DNA of 32,000 nucleotides from Halomicronema hongdechloris C2206 (GTDB lineage: Bacteria; Cyanobacteriota; Cyanobacteriia; Phormidesmidales; Phormidesmidaceae): contig NZ_CP021983.2 of the NCBI RefSeq assembly GCF_002075285.3, forward strand, positions 4,740,001 through 4,772,000. The letters are read 5' to 3'. The notes under the pieces were generated by a model. That model did not search any database, was not told the DNA's origin, and was given only the letters and a program-made list of their open reading frames with translations. Both the position numbers and the translations under genes were made by a program. How positions within the stretch are numbered: position 1 is the first letter of the stretch; every line of letters starts with the position of its first letter. This document shows, piece by piece, positions 1 through 9,864 of the stretch.

Positions 1-980
1 GCAGGGAGTTTCCGGATAATGGCATGGCGCTGAGCCATGCGCCCTACCCCAATGGCCAGAGCGACGGTGATGACGGCGGGTAAGCCTTCTGGAATGGCGC
101 TTACCGCTAGGGCCACTGCTGCTTTAAATCCTGCAGTCCAGCTGCCTTGCTGACCCATGACGATGGTAAACATGCCGGCTGCCAGGGCCAGAATGACGTA
201 GAGTAGGGTCTTGCTGAAACGATCGACTTTGCGAGTCAGGGGGGTGACCAGCCCGGTGCTATGGGCCATCATCTGGGAGATTTGCCCGGTCTGGGTCTGG
301 TTGCCAATGGCCACTACAATGCCTCGGGCCTGCCCGCAGGTAACCAGACTGCCGGCATAGGCCATATTATGGCGATCGGCTAAGCCGGTATCAGGGGGCA
401 GGGGGTCGGTAGATTTCTGGACGGGCACTGATTCGCCAGTGAGGGCGGCTTCACTGACTTGCAGGTTCCGCACCTGAAACAGGCGCAGGTCGGCAGGCAC
501 TTTGTCGCCAGAGGTTAGCAGGACCAAATCGCCTGGGACCAGATCTCGGGAGTTGAGTCGTTGTTTCTGCCCCTCTCGAATGACGGTGGTTGCAGTGGTG
601 ACGGCTTGGGCTAGAGTTGCGATCGCATCCTCTGCCTTTGACTCCTGAACAAAGCCGATAGTGGCATTGATCAGAGTAACCGCAAAAATCACCCCAGCAT
701 CTACCCAGTCTTGCAGAACTAAAGCCACCCCTGCGGCCCCCAGCAAGATATAAATCAGAGGCTGGTGAAACCCCCTCAGAAAGCGAACAAGGGAGCTTTT
801 CCCACCGTGCCCCTTTAGCTCATTGACCCCATATTGCTCCTGCCGCAGGGCCACTTCTGAGGCTAGTAGCCCAGTATTCAAATCTGTCCTGAGATAGTGG
901 ACAACATCAATTGCCGAGACTTGATGCCATGGCGGTTCAGATGACGTGGTCGAAGACGAAACAGGCTGACGCATGGGCAT
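1..980 (-). CDS. P-type (E1-E2) cation-transporting ATPase, N-terminal ~325 codons; the gene continues past the window start
   Basis: Absent from the ORF track because it is open at the window edge. My own minus-strand translation from ATG at 980 (or 974) reads MPMRQPVSS...EVALRQEQYGVNELKG... It contains the actuator TGES motif (LTGESVPV, ~430-447) and the TM4 PEGLP motif (SAIPEGLPAVITVALAIG, ~78-92), both hallmarks of P-type ATPases. Confidence 0.85.
   Translation of the reverse strand, partial: MPMRQPVSSSTTSSEPPWHQVSAIDVVHYLRTDLNTGLLASEVALRQEQYGVNELKGHGGKSSLVRFLRGFHQPLIYILLGAAGVALVLQDWVDAGVIFAVTLINATIGFVQESKAEDAIATLAQAVTTATTVIREGQKQRLNSRDLVPGDLVLLTSGDKVPADLRLFQVRNLQVSEAALTGESVPVQKSTDPLPPDTGLADRHNMAYAGSLVTCGQARGIVVAIGNQTQTGQISQMMAHSTGLVTPLTRKVDRFSKTLLYVILALAAGMFTIVMGQQGSWTAGFKAAVALAVSAIPEGLPAVITVALAIGVGRMAQRHAIIRKLP
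619..626. repeat. HIP1 (GCGATCGC) highly iterated palindrome; representative copy
   Basis: Exact GCGATCGC copies located by eye at 619, 4555, 8040, 16432, 19139, 19969, 23905, 24288, 24780, 25797, 27175, 28524, 30489, 31878 and 31912 (start positions). HIP1 over-representation is a known cyanobacterial genome signature. Confidence 0.9.
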
Positions 981-1109
981 TTCCATATCGTTTGCTGGAG
1001 AACAGAGCTTTACACGCAATTGTAGGTATTGATTGCCTTGCCCCTTGCAGGTCATCCTGAATCGTGGCAGTAGACCGTGAAGGTATTCTAGAGAAGTATC
1101 TAGTCCAGC

Positions 1110-2480
1110 GTGGCCTTCAGGATTTCCATGGCTCGTCTCAATAATCGTGCGTTTAATATTCTTGCAGCTGAGGTCCAGCGCCTGTGTGCGTCTAAACCCC
1201 TAGAAAAGGTACGGCAAGATATCGTACTGCGTCGGCTAGAAAAATTTTGCCAGGCGGAAGGGCCACCGGTCACCCTCGATGAGCTCCGAAACACCATCGA
1301 CGATATTTTCCCTGACTTCAGTGAACAGGTGCTGCGCCAGGCCATTAAGGCTAATACTAGAGCGAGTCAGGTTGCCTCAGTGCGACAGAAGCTAGGATGC
1401 CTCACCCAGGCAACCATGGGGACTGCCCTATTGGCAGCAGGAATCTGGGTCTTGAACTTACCCTACCCGATGGTGCGCTGGCCAGTGGCTCGAGTTGCTC
1501 CGATCGTTCTCTTGCCTAGCTACATCCGTATGGATCACGACTACCGTCAGGCGGTTTCTTTGGTAGAGCAGGCGGATCAATTGGTGAATCAAGCTACCAG
1601 CTTCGATGATATTGACCTGGGTGCCGAGAAGGTTACCCAGGCCCAACAGCACTTAGATGGGTTGCCAGTCTGGTTTTTGGGCTATTATCCCAAGGCTTAC
1701 TGCGGCTGGTTTGGTTGCAGCTGGCGCTTTACCTTCGATGAATTTCAGGAAGCCAGGGCTGCCATTGGCCGCATGGAGGCGAAAGTTTTCCAAGAGCAAA
1801 ATGCTCAGGCCCTGCTAGAGGCAGGCACTGAAGAGGTCGATGCCGCCAAACAGGCCTATGAGTCAGCTCCGACAGCAGCAGCTAAAGCCCAGGCCTTGGC
1901 CGCATGGCAAGCAGGTATGGATAAGCTGAATGAAATTCCAGCTGGGACCTACGCAGGCCGCAGTGCCGCCACCAAGCTAGAGGCCTATCGTCGTGACTAT
2001 GAAAGGGTTTCTGGCATGGTGACCGGCAGCAGCCGGACCTCATCTGTGATTGGTGCGGCTAAAGCATTTGCCCAGAGGGCCGCCGCTGCGTCTCAGAATC
2101 CTCCCCATCCCGTTGAGACCTGGCGTCGTGCCGCGACTCTATGGCAGGAGTCGATTAGACGCTTAGAAGATATCCAACCAGAGGATGATAGCTATCTTGA
2201 GGCCCAGGATTTACTGGCAACCTATACCAGTAATCTAGAGGAGATTAAGGTCAGGCTGGCGACAGAAGAGGCCTCTGTGCGAGCCTTTGAGTCTGCTCAG
2301 CGCAAGACAGAACAGCTGCTGGCCCTCAATAAGAGCCAACTAACGGCCAATCAAATGGCCAGTCGACTGCAGGGGATTGTCAATGATCTACACAGGGTAC
2401 AGTCAGGCACAACCGTCTACTCGGAAGCCCAGGAAATGCTGGCGTCTGCCGAGGATAAATTGACTCAGCTAAATCCTTGA
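1110..2480 (+). CDS. Hypothetical protein with one predicted TM segment and a long Ala/Gln/Glu-rich, probably coiled-coil C-terminal half
   Basis: 456-aa ORF in the track, divergent from the ATPase gene. Hydrophobic stretch GTALLAAGIWVLNL; no motif I recognise. The start is uncertain (GTG at 1110 versus ATG at 1128). Confidence 0.6.
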   Translation: MAFRISMARLNNRAFNILAAEVQRLCASKPLEKVRQDIVLRRLEKFCQAEGPPVTLDELRNTIDDIFPDFSEQVLRQAIKANTRASQVASVRQKLGCLTQATMGTALLAAGIWVLNLPYPMVRWPVARVAPIVLLPSYIRMDHDYRQAVSLVEQADQLVNQATSFDDIDLGAEKVTQAQQHLDGLPVWFLGYYPKAYCGWFGCSWRFTFDEFQEARAAIGRMEAKVFQEQNAQALLEAGTEEVDAAKQAYESAPTAAAKAQALAAWQAGMDKLNEIPAGTYAGRSAATKLEAYRRDYERVSGMVTGSSRTSSVIGAAKAFAQRAAAASQNPPHPVETWRRAATLWQESIRRLEDIQPEDDSYLEAQDLLATYTSNLEEIKVRLATEEASVRAFESAQRKTEQLLALNKSQLTANQMASRLQGIVNDLHRVQSGTTVYSEAQEMLASAEDKLTQLNP

Positions 2481-2754
2481 CATCCCATCCATAAAGCTTT
2501 TGCCGGAGGAGTCATCGCTCAACGACTGAGATCTTTTCCTTAAGCACTTTACTGCTCGAGAAGTCACAGGCTCCTTGACACAGCTCAGGGCAATGGCTTC
2601 AGCCCCTGCTCATAAAAATGTTGCCTTTGCAAAATTTCATAAATCCTGACTAAAGTCAGCTCCTGATTGCTCTAACGGATGATTTCCAGGCAGGAAGACT
2701 GTGTAAAAATGTAAGCGGTTTTGCCAACTCGGAGAAAATGGAGTAGGCACATAC

Positions 2755-4836
2755 ATGGAATCGATTGACGCCCTATACGACTACGCTTGGTTGGTACCTG
2801 TTCTACCTCTGTTAGGTGCCATGGTCGTTGGCACGGGTTTAATTTCCTATAGCCAGGCCACAACACGGCTGCGACAAGCTTCTGCTATTGCTATCGTCTC
2901 TCTGACGGGGGCGGCAATGGTGCTGTCCTTTGTGCTGTTTTGGAGTCAGCTCCAGGGGCATGAGCCTTTTAACCGGATGGTGGAATGGGCTTCAGCGGGA
3001 GATTTTCGTCTGACCATGGGATACACCATTGACCACCTAGCGGCCTTAATGCTGGTGGTGGTGACTACGGTGGCCTTTCTGGTGATGGTCTATACCCATG
3101 GCTACATGGCCCACGACCCAGGCTATGTCCGCTTTTACGCCTATCTCAGTCTGTTCACCTCATCCATGCTGGGATTGGTGGTCAGCCCAAACCTGCTCCA
3201 GGTTTACGTATTCTGGGAGTTGGTGGGGATGTGCTCCTATCTATTGATTGGGTTTTGGTATGACCGCAAGGCAGCCGCCGATGCTTGTCAGAAGGCATTT
3301 GTGACCAACCGAGTAGGAGACTTTGGTTTGCTACTGGGTATGCTGGCGCTGTTCTGGGCGACAGGCAGCTTTGAGTTTGACATCATGGGCGAGCGTCTGA
3401 CGGATTTGGTCCAGTCGGGTGGTCTGAGTGCGACCATGGCAGCTGTCTTTGCGATTTTGGTGTTTCTTGGCCCCATGGCTAAGTCGGCCCAGTTTCCTCT
3501 GCATGTGTGGCTGCCAGATGCCATGGAGGGTCCGACGCCGATTTCGGCCCTAATTCACGCGGCCACGATGGTGGCAGCCGGGGTCTTCCTAGTCGCCCGT
3601 ATGTTCCCGGTGTTTGAACAACTACCGACGGCTATGACTGCGGTGGCCTGGGTAGGGGCGGTCACTGCCTTCATGGGCGCTAGTATTGCCATTACTCAGA
3701 ATGACATCAAGAAGGGGCTAGCTTACTCCACCATGTCCCAGTTGGGGTATATGGTCATGGCTATGGGGGTAGGAGCTTATGGTGCCGGTCTCTTTCACTT
3801 AACCACCCATGCCTATTTCAAGGCGATGCTGTTCCTCTGTTCTGGATCGGTCATCCACGGTATGGAGGGAGTCGTGGGCCATGATCCAGCTCTGGCTCAG
3901 GATATGCGGTTAATGGGAGGACTGCGCCGGTTTATGCCGGTGACAGCTTTCACCTTCTTGGTGGGGACGTTGGCCATCTGCGGAATTCCACCGTTTGCTG
4001 GATTTTGGTCTAAGGATGAAATCCTCGGCTCTACCTTTGCGGTGAGCCCAGCACTGTGGGCTGTGGGCTGGATTACCGCTGGCATTACGGCGTTCTATAT
4101 GTTCCGCATGTATTTTATGACCTTTGAAGGGAGCTTTCGCGGCAACCAGTCTGAGATTCGCCAGCAGTTGAAGCGGGAAGAGTTGCAGCGGCTGGGGTTA
4201 TCGCTGGGACCGGGGGCGATGAATCCCCAGGAGTTGACCCTAGATAGTGAAACAGCAGCCCATGACGAGCATGAGCACCACAGCCATGAGCCCCATGAGT
4301 CACCTGTTTCAATGACGTTGCCATTACTGATCTTGGCAGTGCCATCGGCGCTGCTGGGGTTGATGGGCATGCCCTTCGCCAATTATTTTGAAGCCTTTAT
4401 TCATGCTCCTGGAGAAGCCATGAATTTATTGGAGCATGCTGAGGCATTTGATTGGCAGGAGTTTCTGGTGATGGCTGGTAGCTCTGTGGCCATTGCCCTG
4501 GGGGGCATTGTCCTGGCTCTGCTGATGTACCGCCTCAAGGTATTAGATGCCGGTGCGATCGCACGTCAAATTGAGCCTCTATATCAGTTCTCCCTCAACA
4601 AGTGGTACATCGACGACATCTACGAGGTGGTCTTCGTTCAAGGCAGTCGCAAGCTAGCCAAACAAGTTCTGGAGATTGACATCCGTATTGTCGACGGCAT
4701 CGTCAACCTAGCTGGCTTTGTCACCCTGATCTCTGGCGAAGGGTTGAAATACCTAGAGAATGGTCGAGCCCAGTTCTACGCGCTGATCGTGTTTGGAGCC
4801 GTCCTGAGTCTGGTGCTAATTTCAGGGATTACCTGA
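2755..4836 (+). CDS. ndhF: NAD(P)H-quinone oxidoreductase (NDH-1) subunit 5 / chain L, NdhF
   Basis: 693-aa polytopic membrane ORF with typical NuoL/NdhF blocks (WELVGMCSYLLIGFWY, AQFPLHVWLPDAMEGPTPISALIHAATMV, GFWSKDEIL). The length fits the long NdhF1-type form. It is followed by ndhD. Confidence 0.95.
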   Translation: MESIDALYDYAWLVPVLPLLGAMVVGTGLISYSQATTRLRQASAIAIVSLTGAAMVLSFVLFWSQLQGHEPFNRMVEWASAGDFRLTMGYTIDHLAALMLVVVTTVAFLVMVYTHGYMAHDPGYVRFYAYLSLFTSSMLGLVVSPNLLQVYVFWELVGMCSYLLIGFWYDRKAAADACQKAFVTNRVGDFGLLLGMLALFWATGSFEFDIMGERLTDLVQSGGLSATMAAVFAILVFLGPMAKSAQFPLHVWLPDAMEGPTPISALIHAATMVAAGVFLVARMFPVFEQLPTAMTAVAWVGAVTAFMGASIAITQNDIKKGLAYSTMSQLGYMVMAMGVGAYGAGLFHLTTHAYFKAMLFLCSGSVIHGMEGVVGHDPALAQDMRLMGGLRRFMPVTAFTFLVGTLAICGIPPFAGFWSKDEILGSTFAVSPALWAVGWITAGITAFYMFRMYFMTFEGSFRGNQSEIRQQLKREELQRLGLSLGPGAMNPQELTLDSETAAHDEHEHHSHEPHESPVSMTLPLLILAVPSALLGLMGMPFANYFEAFIHAPGEAMNLLEHAEAFDWQEFLVMAGSSVAIALGGIVLALLMYRLKVLDAGAIARQIEPLYQFSLNKWYIDDIYEVVFVQGSRKLAKQVLEIDIRIVDGIVNLAGFVTLISGEGLKYLENGRAQFYALIVFGAVLSLVLISGIT

Positions 4837-5001
4837 TTCTCGGCCCCGTCCTAGTAGGGTTCTCCATAAAAAGACGATAAAGCCCTGGCCCCATGTTGTC
4901 CTTGCCGCTATTCCTAACGGAAGCTCTGCTATAGGATAGGTCGGGGCTTACTCATACACTGCTGCTGAATCACATCGCAATTACCCACAACTGCTATTGC
5001 T

Positions 5002-6585
5002 ATGGAGCTTGCCAACTTTCCCTGGCTAACAACCATTATCTTGTTGCCCATCGTCGCTTCTGGGGCCATTCCCTTCTTGCCGGATAAAGACGGGCGCACA
5101 GTACGGTGGTATGCCCTGACCGTAGGGCTGATTGATTTCGTCCTGATTGTGGTGGCCTTCTATCAGGGATATGACACCAGTGCGTCCGGTCTGCAACTGG
5201 TCGAAAGTTATACCTGGGTACCTCAACTCGACCTCAACTGGTCGCTAGGGGTCGATGGCCTCTCCATGCCATTGGTCCTGCTGACAGGCTTTATCACCAC
5301 CCTGGCAATTCTGGCAGCTTGGCCTGTCACTTTGAAGCCACGCCTATTCTACTTTCTGATGCTAGCCATGTACTCCGGCCAGATCGGAGTATTCGCGGTG
5401 CAGGACATGCTGCTGTTCTTCCTGATGTGGGAACTGGAGCTCATTCCGGTATACCTGCTGCTGGCCATCTGGGGAGGGAAAAAGCGCCTCTATGCCGCCA
5501 CCAAATTCATTCTCTACACCGCTGGAGGCTCCCTATTTATTCTGGTCGCAGCCCTAGCCATGGCCTTCTACGGGGACACCATTACCTTCGACATGTCAGC
5601 CTTGGCAGAGAAGGCCTATTCCCTCAGGTTTCAATTTCTCATGTACGGGGTCTTCATCATCGCCTACGCCGTCAAGTTGCCGATTATTCCCCTCCATACT
5701 TGGTTACCGGATGCCCATGGCGAGGCAACAGCCCCAGTACACATGCTGTTGGCTGGGATCCTGCTCAAGATGGGGGGCTATGCCCTGATTCGCATGAACG
5801 TGGGAATGTTGCCCGATGCTCACGGCTACTTTGCTCCAGTTTTAGTGATCTTCGGCATCATCAACATCATCTATGCCGCCCTCACCTCCTTTGCCCAACG
5901 CAACCTAAAGCGCAAGATCGCTTATTCCTCTATCTCCCACATGGGCTTTGTCTTAGTGGGGGTGGCCTCCTTTACGGACTTGGGCCTCAGTGGAGCGATC
6001 TTGCAAATGGTCTCCCACGGATTAATCGGCGCCAGCCTCTTTTTCTTGGTGGGGGCGACCTATGATCGGACTCACACCCTGATCCTGAATGAGATGGGTG
6101 GCGTCGGTAAGCGGATGCCGAAGATCTTCGCCATGTTCACCGCCTGCTCCCTGGCATCCCTGGCCCTACCTGGGATGAGCGGATTCGTGGCGGAGTTGAT
6201 GGTGTTCGTTGGTTTCGCCACTAGCGACGCCTACAGCCTTGGGTTCCGGCTATTAGCCGTTATCTTGATGGCAGTCGGGGTAATTCTCACTCCCATTTAC
6301 CTGCTCTCGATGCTACGGGAAATCTTCTATGGCCCGGAAAATAAAGAGTTAGTGGAGCACGAAGTCCTAGTTGACGCCGAGCCTCGGGAAGTCTTCATCA
6401 TCGCCAGCCTGTTGGTGCCTATCGTTGGCTTCGGCCTTTATCCCAAGCTACTGACCGAAATGTACGATGCCACCACCCTGAAAATTACGACCCGGTTGCG
6501 GGATGCGGCCCTGGTGACGGCTGAGACCAATGCAGACGGATCTCCCATGGCAGCCCTGCCGGTGCTGCAAGCTCCCAAATTATAG
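5002..6585 (+). CDS. ndhD: NAD(P)H-quinone oxidoreductase (NDH-1) chain 4, NdhD
   Basis: 527-aa membrane ORF with NuoM/NdhD blocks ([62 protein letters not shown]). Same strand as ndhF, 165 nt downstream. Confidence 0.95.
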   Translation: MELANFPWLTTIILLPIVASGAIPFLPDKDGRTVRWYALTVGLIDFVLIVVAFYQGYDTSASGLQLVESYTWVPQLDLNWSLGVDGLSMPLVLLTGFITTLAILAAWPVTLKPRLFYFLMLAMYSGQIGVFAVQDMLLFFLMWELELIPVYLLLAIWGGKKRLYAATKFILYTAGGSLFILVAALAMAFYGDTITFDMSALAEKAYSLRFQFLMYGVFIIAYAVKLPIIPLHTWLPDAHGEATAPVHMLLAGILLKMGGYALIRMNVGMLPDAHGYFAPVLVIFGIINIIYAALTSFAQRNLKRKIAYSSISHMGFVLVGVASFTDLGLSGAILQMVSHGLIGASLFFLVGATYDRTHTLILNEMGGVGKRMPKIFAMFTACSLASLALPGMSGFVAELMVFVGFATSDAYSLGFRLLAVILMAVGVILTPIYLLSMLREIFYGPENKELVEHEVLVDAEPREVFIIASLLVPIVGFGLYPKLLTEMYDATTLKITTRLRDAALVTAETNADGSPMAALPVLQAPKL

Positions 6586-6680
6586 TGAGTCATTGGCCAG
6601 TCAACTTACACCCGACTGGCTGATTATCCCAAAGGACAGTATACCGGTAGCCCACAAGTTAGAAGCTCTGTTCAAGTTAC

Positions 6681-6710
6681 GCCCTATCTCCCTAGGGAGG
6701 TAGGGCTTTG
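6681..6710 (+). terminator. Probable intrinsic terminator downstream of ndhD
   Basis: gccctatctcc-ctag-ggaggtagggc forms an ~11-bp stem (one G-U pair) at 6681-6706, followed by TTTG. It lies ~96 nt after the ndhD stop. The T-run is short. Confidence 0.5.
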
Positions 6711-6802
6711 GTCTAGAAGTCCTGTTAACGGTGAAGTTGTGCAGCGGCAGACAACCTCGAACTCTCACCGATAAACTCTGTTCCGTCCGCTGCCACGCAG
6801 TG

Positions 6803-7774
6803 TTAGACTACTAATGAATGGTTCCAGTTTTTGTAAAGTTCTTCTGCATAGAACATAATCTCTTCATTGGGTAAATGAATTTTTGCCTTCTGCCTTGGAT
6901 ATAAACTTTCAAGACAATCAGCATCTTGTTGAACCACAATCGAAGCTGCATTTAACAGAGAATCCTGCATGATTGACTTCAATTCAGAGTTGCTGAATTT
7001 TGCATAGAGCAGAATAAAAGTTTTAGTCATATTTTCCGTCTCTGGATAGAGAATATGACCTTGATACGTTTTAACATCGGGGGAATTTAAGCAAAAGAAC
7101 TGGGTCGATGGAAAAACATATTCAAGAAAGTTGTTCATCACTTCCGGAATTGCTCCCAACATCGGATTGGCTTCAATTTCTTCGGATGTATAGTCATCTT
7201 TCTCAGCTACTTGGGAAACTTTAGCGTAAACACCATCTTTTTCAAGGAACGTAGATCGGGTAGATTTGACTTTGAAAAATTCTCTATGGGTACCGTTTTG
7301 GTGATCGTGATCATAATTGATCATCAGACTGCTCAAGAAATCACTTTGAATGCTTCTCTGAGCAGTTACTCCCAAAAATTCATATTCAGATGCAACTTTC
7401 CTATGCAAGTCAGGAATGGGCAACCGAGGCTCAAACCCGCCATAAGTCCAGATGAAATCACCATCAATAATTAACTCTAACGGTTCAGCCAGCGGTACAC
7501 GACTCCACTCATCGTTTCGCAATAAACGTCCTGAGCCATCGAATTCCACAGCATGAAATGGACAGATGATCGTATTCCACTCCTCACAAATCCAGCCATT
7601 AGACAATGGAGCTTGCATATGTGGACAAACGTTATTAAGAGCGGAAACCTCTCCAGAGGCACTCTGCCAAAGGACATAATCTTGACCATTCAGCGTGATT
7701 TTACAAGGGCTGTTGGTCTCCAGCATCGACTTATGTGCGATGAGCCAAGGTGCACCAGGAAGAATAGGTTGCAT
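6803..7774 (-). CDS. Rieske [2Fe-2S] domain oxygenase (ring-hydroxylating / PaO-like family)
   Basis: ORF track 6803..7792. The Rieske ligand motif CPH-x16-CPFH is present (NNVCPHMQAPLSNGWICEEWNTIICPFHAVEF). I prefer the ATG at 7774 (MQPILPGAPW...) over the TTG at 7792. The gene is AT-rich relative to its flanks. Confidence 0.85.
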   Translation of the reverse strand: MQPILPGAPWLIAHKSMLETNSPCKITLNGQDYVLWQSASGEVSALNNVCPHMQAPLSNGWICEEWNTIICPFHAVEFDGSGRLLRNDEWSRVPLAEPLELIIDGDFIWTYGGFEPRLPIPDLHRKVASEYEFLGVTAQRSIQSDFLSSLMINYDHDHQNGTHREFFKVKSTRSTFLEKDGVYAKVSQVAEKDDYTSEEIEANPMLGAIPEVMNNFLEYVFPSTQFFCLNSPDVKTYQGHILYPETENMTKTFILLYAKFSNSELKSIMQDSLLNAASIVVQQDADCLESLYPRQKAKIHLPNEEIMFYAEELYKNWNHSLVV

Positions 7775-7791
7775 AGCGTATTGAATCCCCA

Positions 7792-7830
7792 ACTAAACAT
7801 CTGTTTAGTGAATTAAACACCTGTTTAATT
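7792..7830. promoter_or_regulatory. Two adjacent perfect palindromes, candidate TetR operators, in the Rieske/TetR divergent intergenic region
   Basis: actaaaca-tc-tgtttagt (7792-7809; 8+2+8) and aattaaaca-cc-tgtttaatt (7811-7830; 9+2+9). They share the half-site TAAACA / TGTTTA. Position is 18-56 nt upstream of the Rieske ATG and ~80 nt upstream of the TetR start. Confidence 0.6.
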
Positions 7831-7907
7831 AATCTGTCAAGTGCCTCTGAGGGAAAACCAAGAGTTAGGCTGGATAGAGTAGTCTGTTCGCTGGATCAAT
7901 ATAGGTC

Positions 7908-8549
7908 ATGCCCAAACTGTCTAACTCTGCTGCCAAGAGGGAAAAGCAAAGCCGTAACCCGCAAATTACAAAGGCTAATATTCTGTCGGCTGCGATTGAA
8001 GAATTTGCACAGTATGGTCTGTCTGGCGCACGGACAGAGGCGATCGCCACTCGTAGCGGTGTTACAAAAGCGATGCTCTGTTACTACTTTAAAAATAAGG
8101 AAACCCTTTATCGGTCTGTCTTGCAGCAGCTTGTTGATGATATTAACAACGCCTTTCAACCCATTGATTGGGAAAGACTGTCCGCAGATCAGGCGCTAGA
8201 GGCAGTTATCCGAAACTATATTGGATTTGAGGTCAGCAATCGCTGGCACGGAATGCTATGGTTCCAGGAAGCTATTCAGAATCAAGGTCGCTACGGTGCA
8301 GAGACAGGATGGCAAGCGGGTTTTCAAACGATTGTAGAAATCCTGGAACGAGGAATCGCTGAGGAAAAATTCCGCCAGGTTGATCCGTTTCTAACAACAA
8401 TTAATATCTTGGGTGTCTGCTCGTTTTATTTCGATGCCCATGAAAACTTAAAATACCTTGACCCTAATAAAGACCTCCTAAGCTTTGACATGGTTAAGCA
8501 GCAAACAGAAACGACTGTCAATTTCATTCTTGCAGGTATAGCTGCTTAA
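7908..8549 (+). CDS. TetR/AcrR family transcriptional regulator
   Basis: 213-aa ORF. The N-terminal HTH region is typical of TetR_N (ILSAAIEEFAQYGLSGARTEAIATRSGVTKAMLCYYFKNKETLY). Divergent from the Rieske gene. Confidence 0.9.
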   Translation: MPKLSNSAAKREKQSRNPQITKANILSAAIEEFAQYGLSGARTEAIATRSGVTKAMLCYYFKNKETLYRSVLQQLVDDINNAFQPIDWERLSADQALEAVIRNYIGFEVSNRWHGMLWFQEAIQNQGRYGAETGWQAGFQTIVEILERGIAEEKFRQVDPFLTTINILGVCSFYFDAHENLKYLDPNKDLLSFDMVKQQTETTVNFILAGIAA

Positions 8550-8606
8550 ACACATATCTGCTCATGCAGTCGGGTAAAGGAGAAAGTTTTAGATATTGCT
8601 TCCTCC

Positions 8607-8702
8607 CTGTAAGCTTTGTTTGCCCACCAATTTTTTCAGTAGTGGGCATTGTAGTTTGAGTGTGGGTTAGCCAAGATTTCGGACAAGATAATGCTCACCC
8701 TA
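8607..8702. repeat. 96-bp repeat, copy 1 (direct repeat of 10087-10182), containing an internal hairpin
   Basis: Aligned by eye against 10087-10182: 92/96 identical. Internal hairpin tgcccac...gtgggca at 8621-8648. Sits between the TetR stop and the GFA stop. Confidence 0.9.
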
Positions 8703-8709
8703 TGAGCTC

Positions 8710-9132
8710 TTATTTTCCGGAATACTGGGCAAAAACCTCTTCGCCGGTAAGATCCTTCGTTTTTTCTGAAAACGAGTAAAATGAGGGCTTTTGGTCAATA
8801 AATATCTGCTCAGTGAATCTCCACTGGTCACCGCCGTCAAAGAGCCCAACAGGGATTGCATAATGCCTTTCTTGCTTTAAGCGGTAAAACAGATGAGTGC
8901 CACATTTCTGGCAGAAGCCGCGCTCGGCCCACTCTGAAGAACTGAAGGTGGATATATGCTCGGCGCCCTCAAAATTCACGTCACTTTCACACTCGACGGC
9001 AAAAAGCGGACCGCCACCCCAGTTTCGACACATCGTGCAGTGACAAGCGCTAATGCTATCATTCTTCGGTTTAGCTGTGACACGGACTGCACCGCAGAGA
9101 CAAGTACCATGATGCTCTGTTATAGATTCCAC
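8710..9132 (-). CDS. GFA family protein (glutathione-dependent formaldehyde-activating enzyme fold; CENP-V/GFA domain)
   Basis: Cys pattern typical of GFA Zn sites (CLCGAV ... CHCTMCRNWGG ... CQKCGTHLF). The track ORF begins at 9210, but a GTG at 9132 is preceded by taggagga (a Shine-Dalgarno sequence) 5 nt upstream and starts at the conserved domain, so I call 140 aa. Confidence 0.8.
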   Translation of the reverse strand: MESITEHHGTCLCGAVRVTAKPKNDSISACHCTMCRNWGGGPLFAVECESDVNFEGAEHISTFSSSEWAERGFCQKCGTHLFYRLKQERHYAIPVGLFDGGDQWRFTEQIFIDQKPSFYSFSEKTKDLTGEEVFAQYSGK

Positions 9133-9339
9133 AATCTTCCTCCTACAGATACATAACACTACCCATACCCACCGCAAATAGCTTTTGAAGCATAACCGAT
9201 AAACTCTCAACGGTCGGCGCGCATGGGCGTTGTTAGCTTGCGTCTTTTACTTGTGAATAGTGATAGCTTAGCACTGGCTAAAGCCTGTAGGTGGCGGGTT
9301 TCGCGCCTCAATCCAACCGACACGAGCGGATGCGTCGCA

Positions 9340-9732
9340 CTAGCTGTACGTTTTCCCCGCGAACTCAATAAGGCAAAACCCATGGCCGAATGGATCCGAG
9401 AACGTTATGCATTTTGAACCTCTCCATTCAATGCATTCACTTTCCTGGCCTGCGCCTGCTTCGAGCGCTCGTTTTGCCGCCTCCGCGATGTTGTCTACAA
9501 CGAAATCAATATGAACTGGTGTCCAATGTCTGGAATACCTGCGTGTCTCCGATGCGATACCTGCCGAATTTGAGTCCGGAGGGTTTTGTAGAAGATAGAT
9601 TACCGAAGACGTGCCTATTAGTTCTGCCACGTCGTCGTCCAACGTGCGGTTGTGCTCCAAACCCAAAGCGGAGCAGTAGAATGCTATCGCTGGCGCAAGT
9701 TCCGGGACGTCAATGTTCACCACTATTCTCAT
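9340..9732 (-). CDS. VOC (glyoxalase/bleomycin-resistance/dioxygenase) superfamily protein
   Basis: 130-aa ORF. The N-terminus (MRIVVNIDVPELAPAIAFYCSALGLE) and C-terminus (SDPFGHGFCLIEF) match the paired beta-alpha-beta-beta-beta VOC pattern. Confidence 0.75.
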   Translation of the reverse strand: MRIVVNIDVPELAPAIAFYCSALGLEHNRTLDDDVAELIGTSSVIYLLQNPPDSNSAGIASETRRYSRHWTPVHIDFVVDNIAEAAKRALEAGAGQESECIEWRGSKCITFSDPFGHGFCLIEFAGKTYS

Positions 9733-9864
9733 TGCTCAGCTTCCATTTTTATGACGCCCAACGCCGGAGCTGAGGGGCGTTTTTGGAGCGTAGCGCGAAG
9801 CGCGTAGCGGAACAAACATCCCTCTCCAACGATTTGTGTATGCCCGGCATGGGCATGAATCAAT

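Noticed and set aside
5319-6065. 248-aa plus-strand ORF
   Set aside because: It lies wholly inside ndhD in another frame. Its Arg/His/Pro-rich composition is typical of an off-frame read of a GC-rich membrane gene.
6590-6810. Search for a direct repeat of the tRNA-Gly 3' half (att-type island boundary)
   Set aside because: Only a vague resemblance was found (aacctcgaactctca versus gaatcgaaccccca). It has no T-arm complementarity, so there is no convincing att duplicate.
8607-8702. 96-bp repeat as an integron attC site
   Set aside because: No RYYYAAC / GTTRRRY core pair is present (GTTAGCC does not fit), there is no intI gene, and the enclosed unit holds two genes plus an intron relic rather than a single promoterless cassette.
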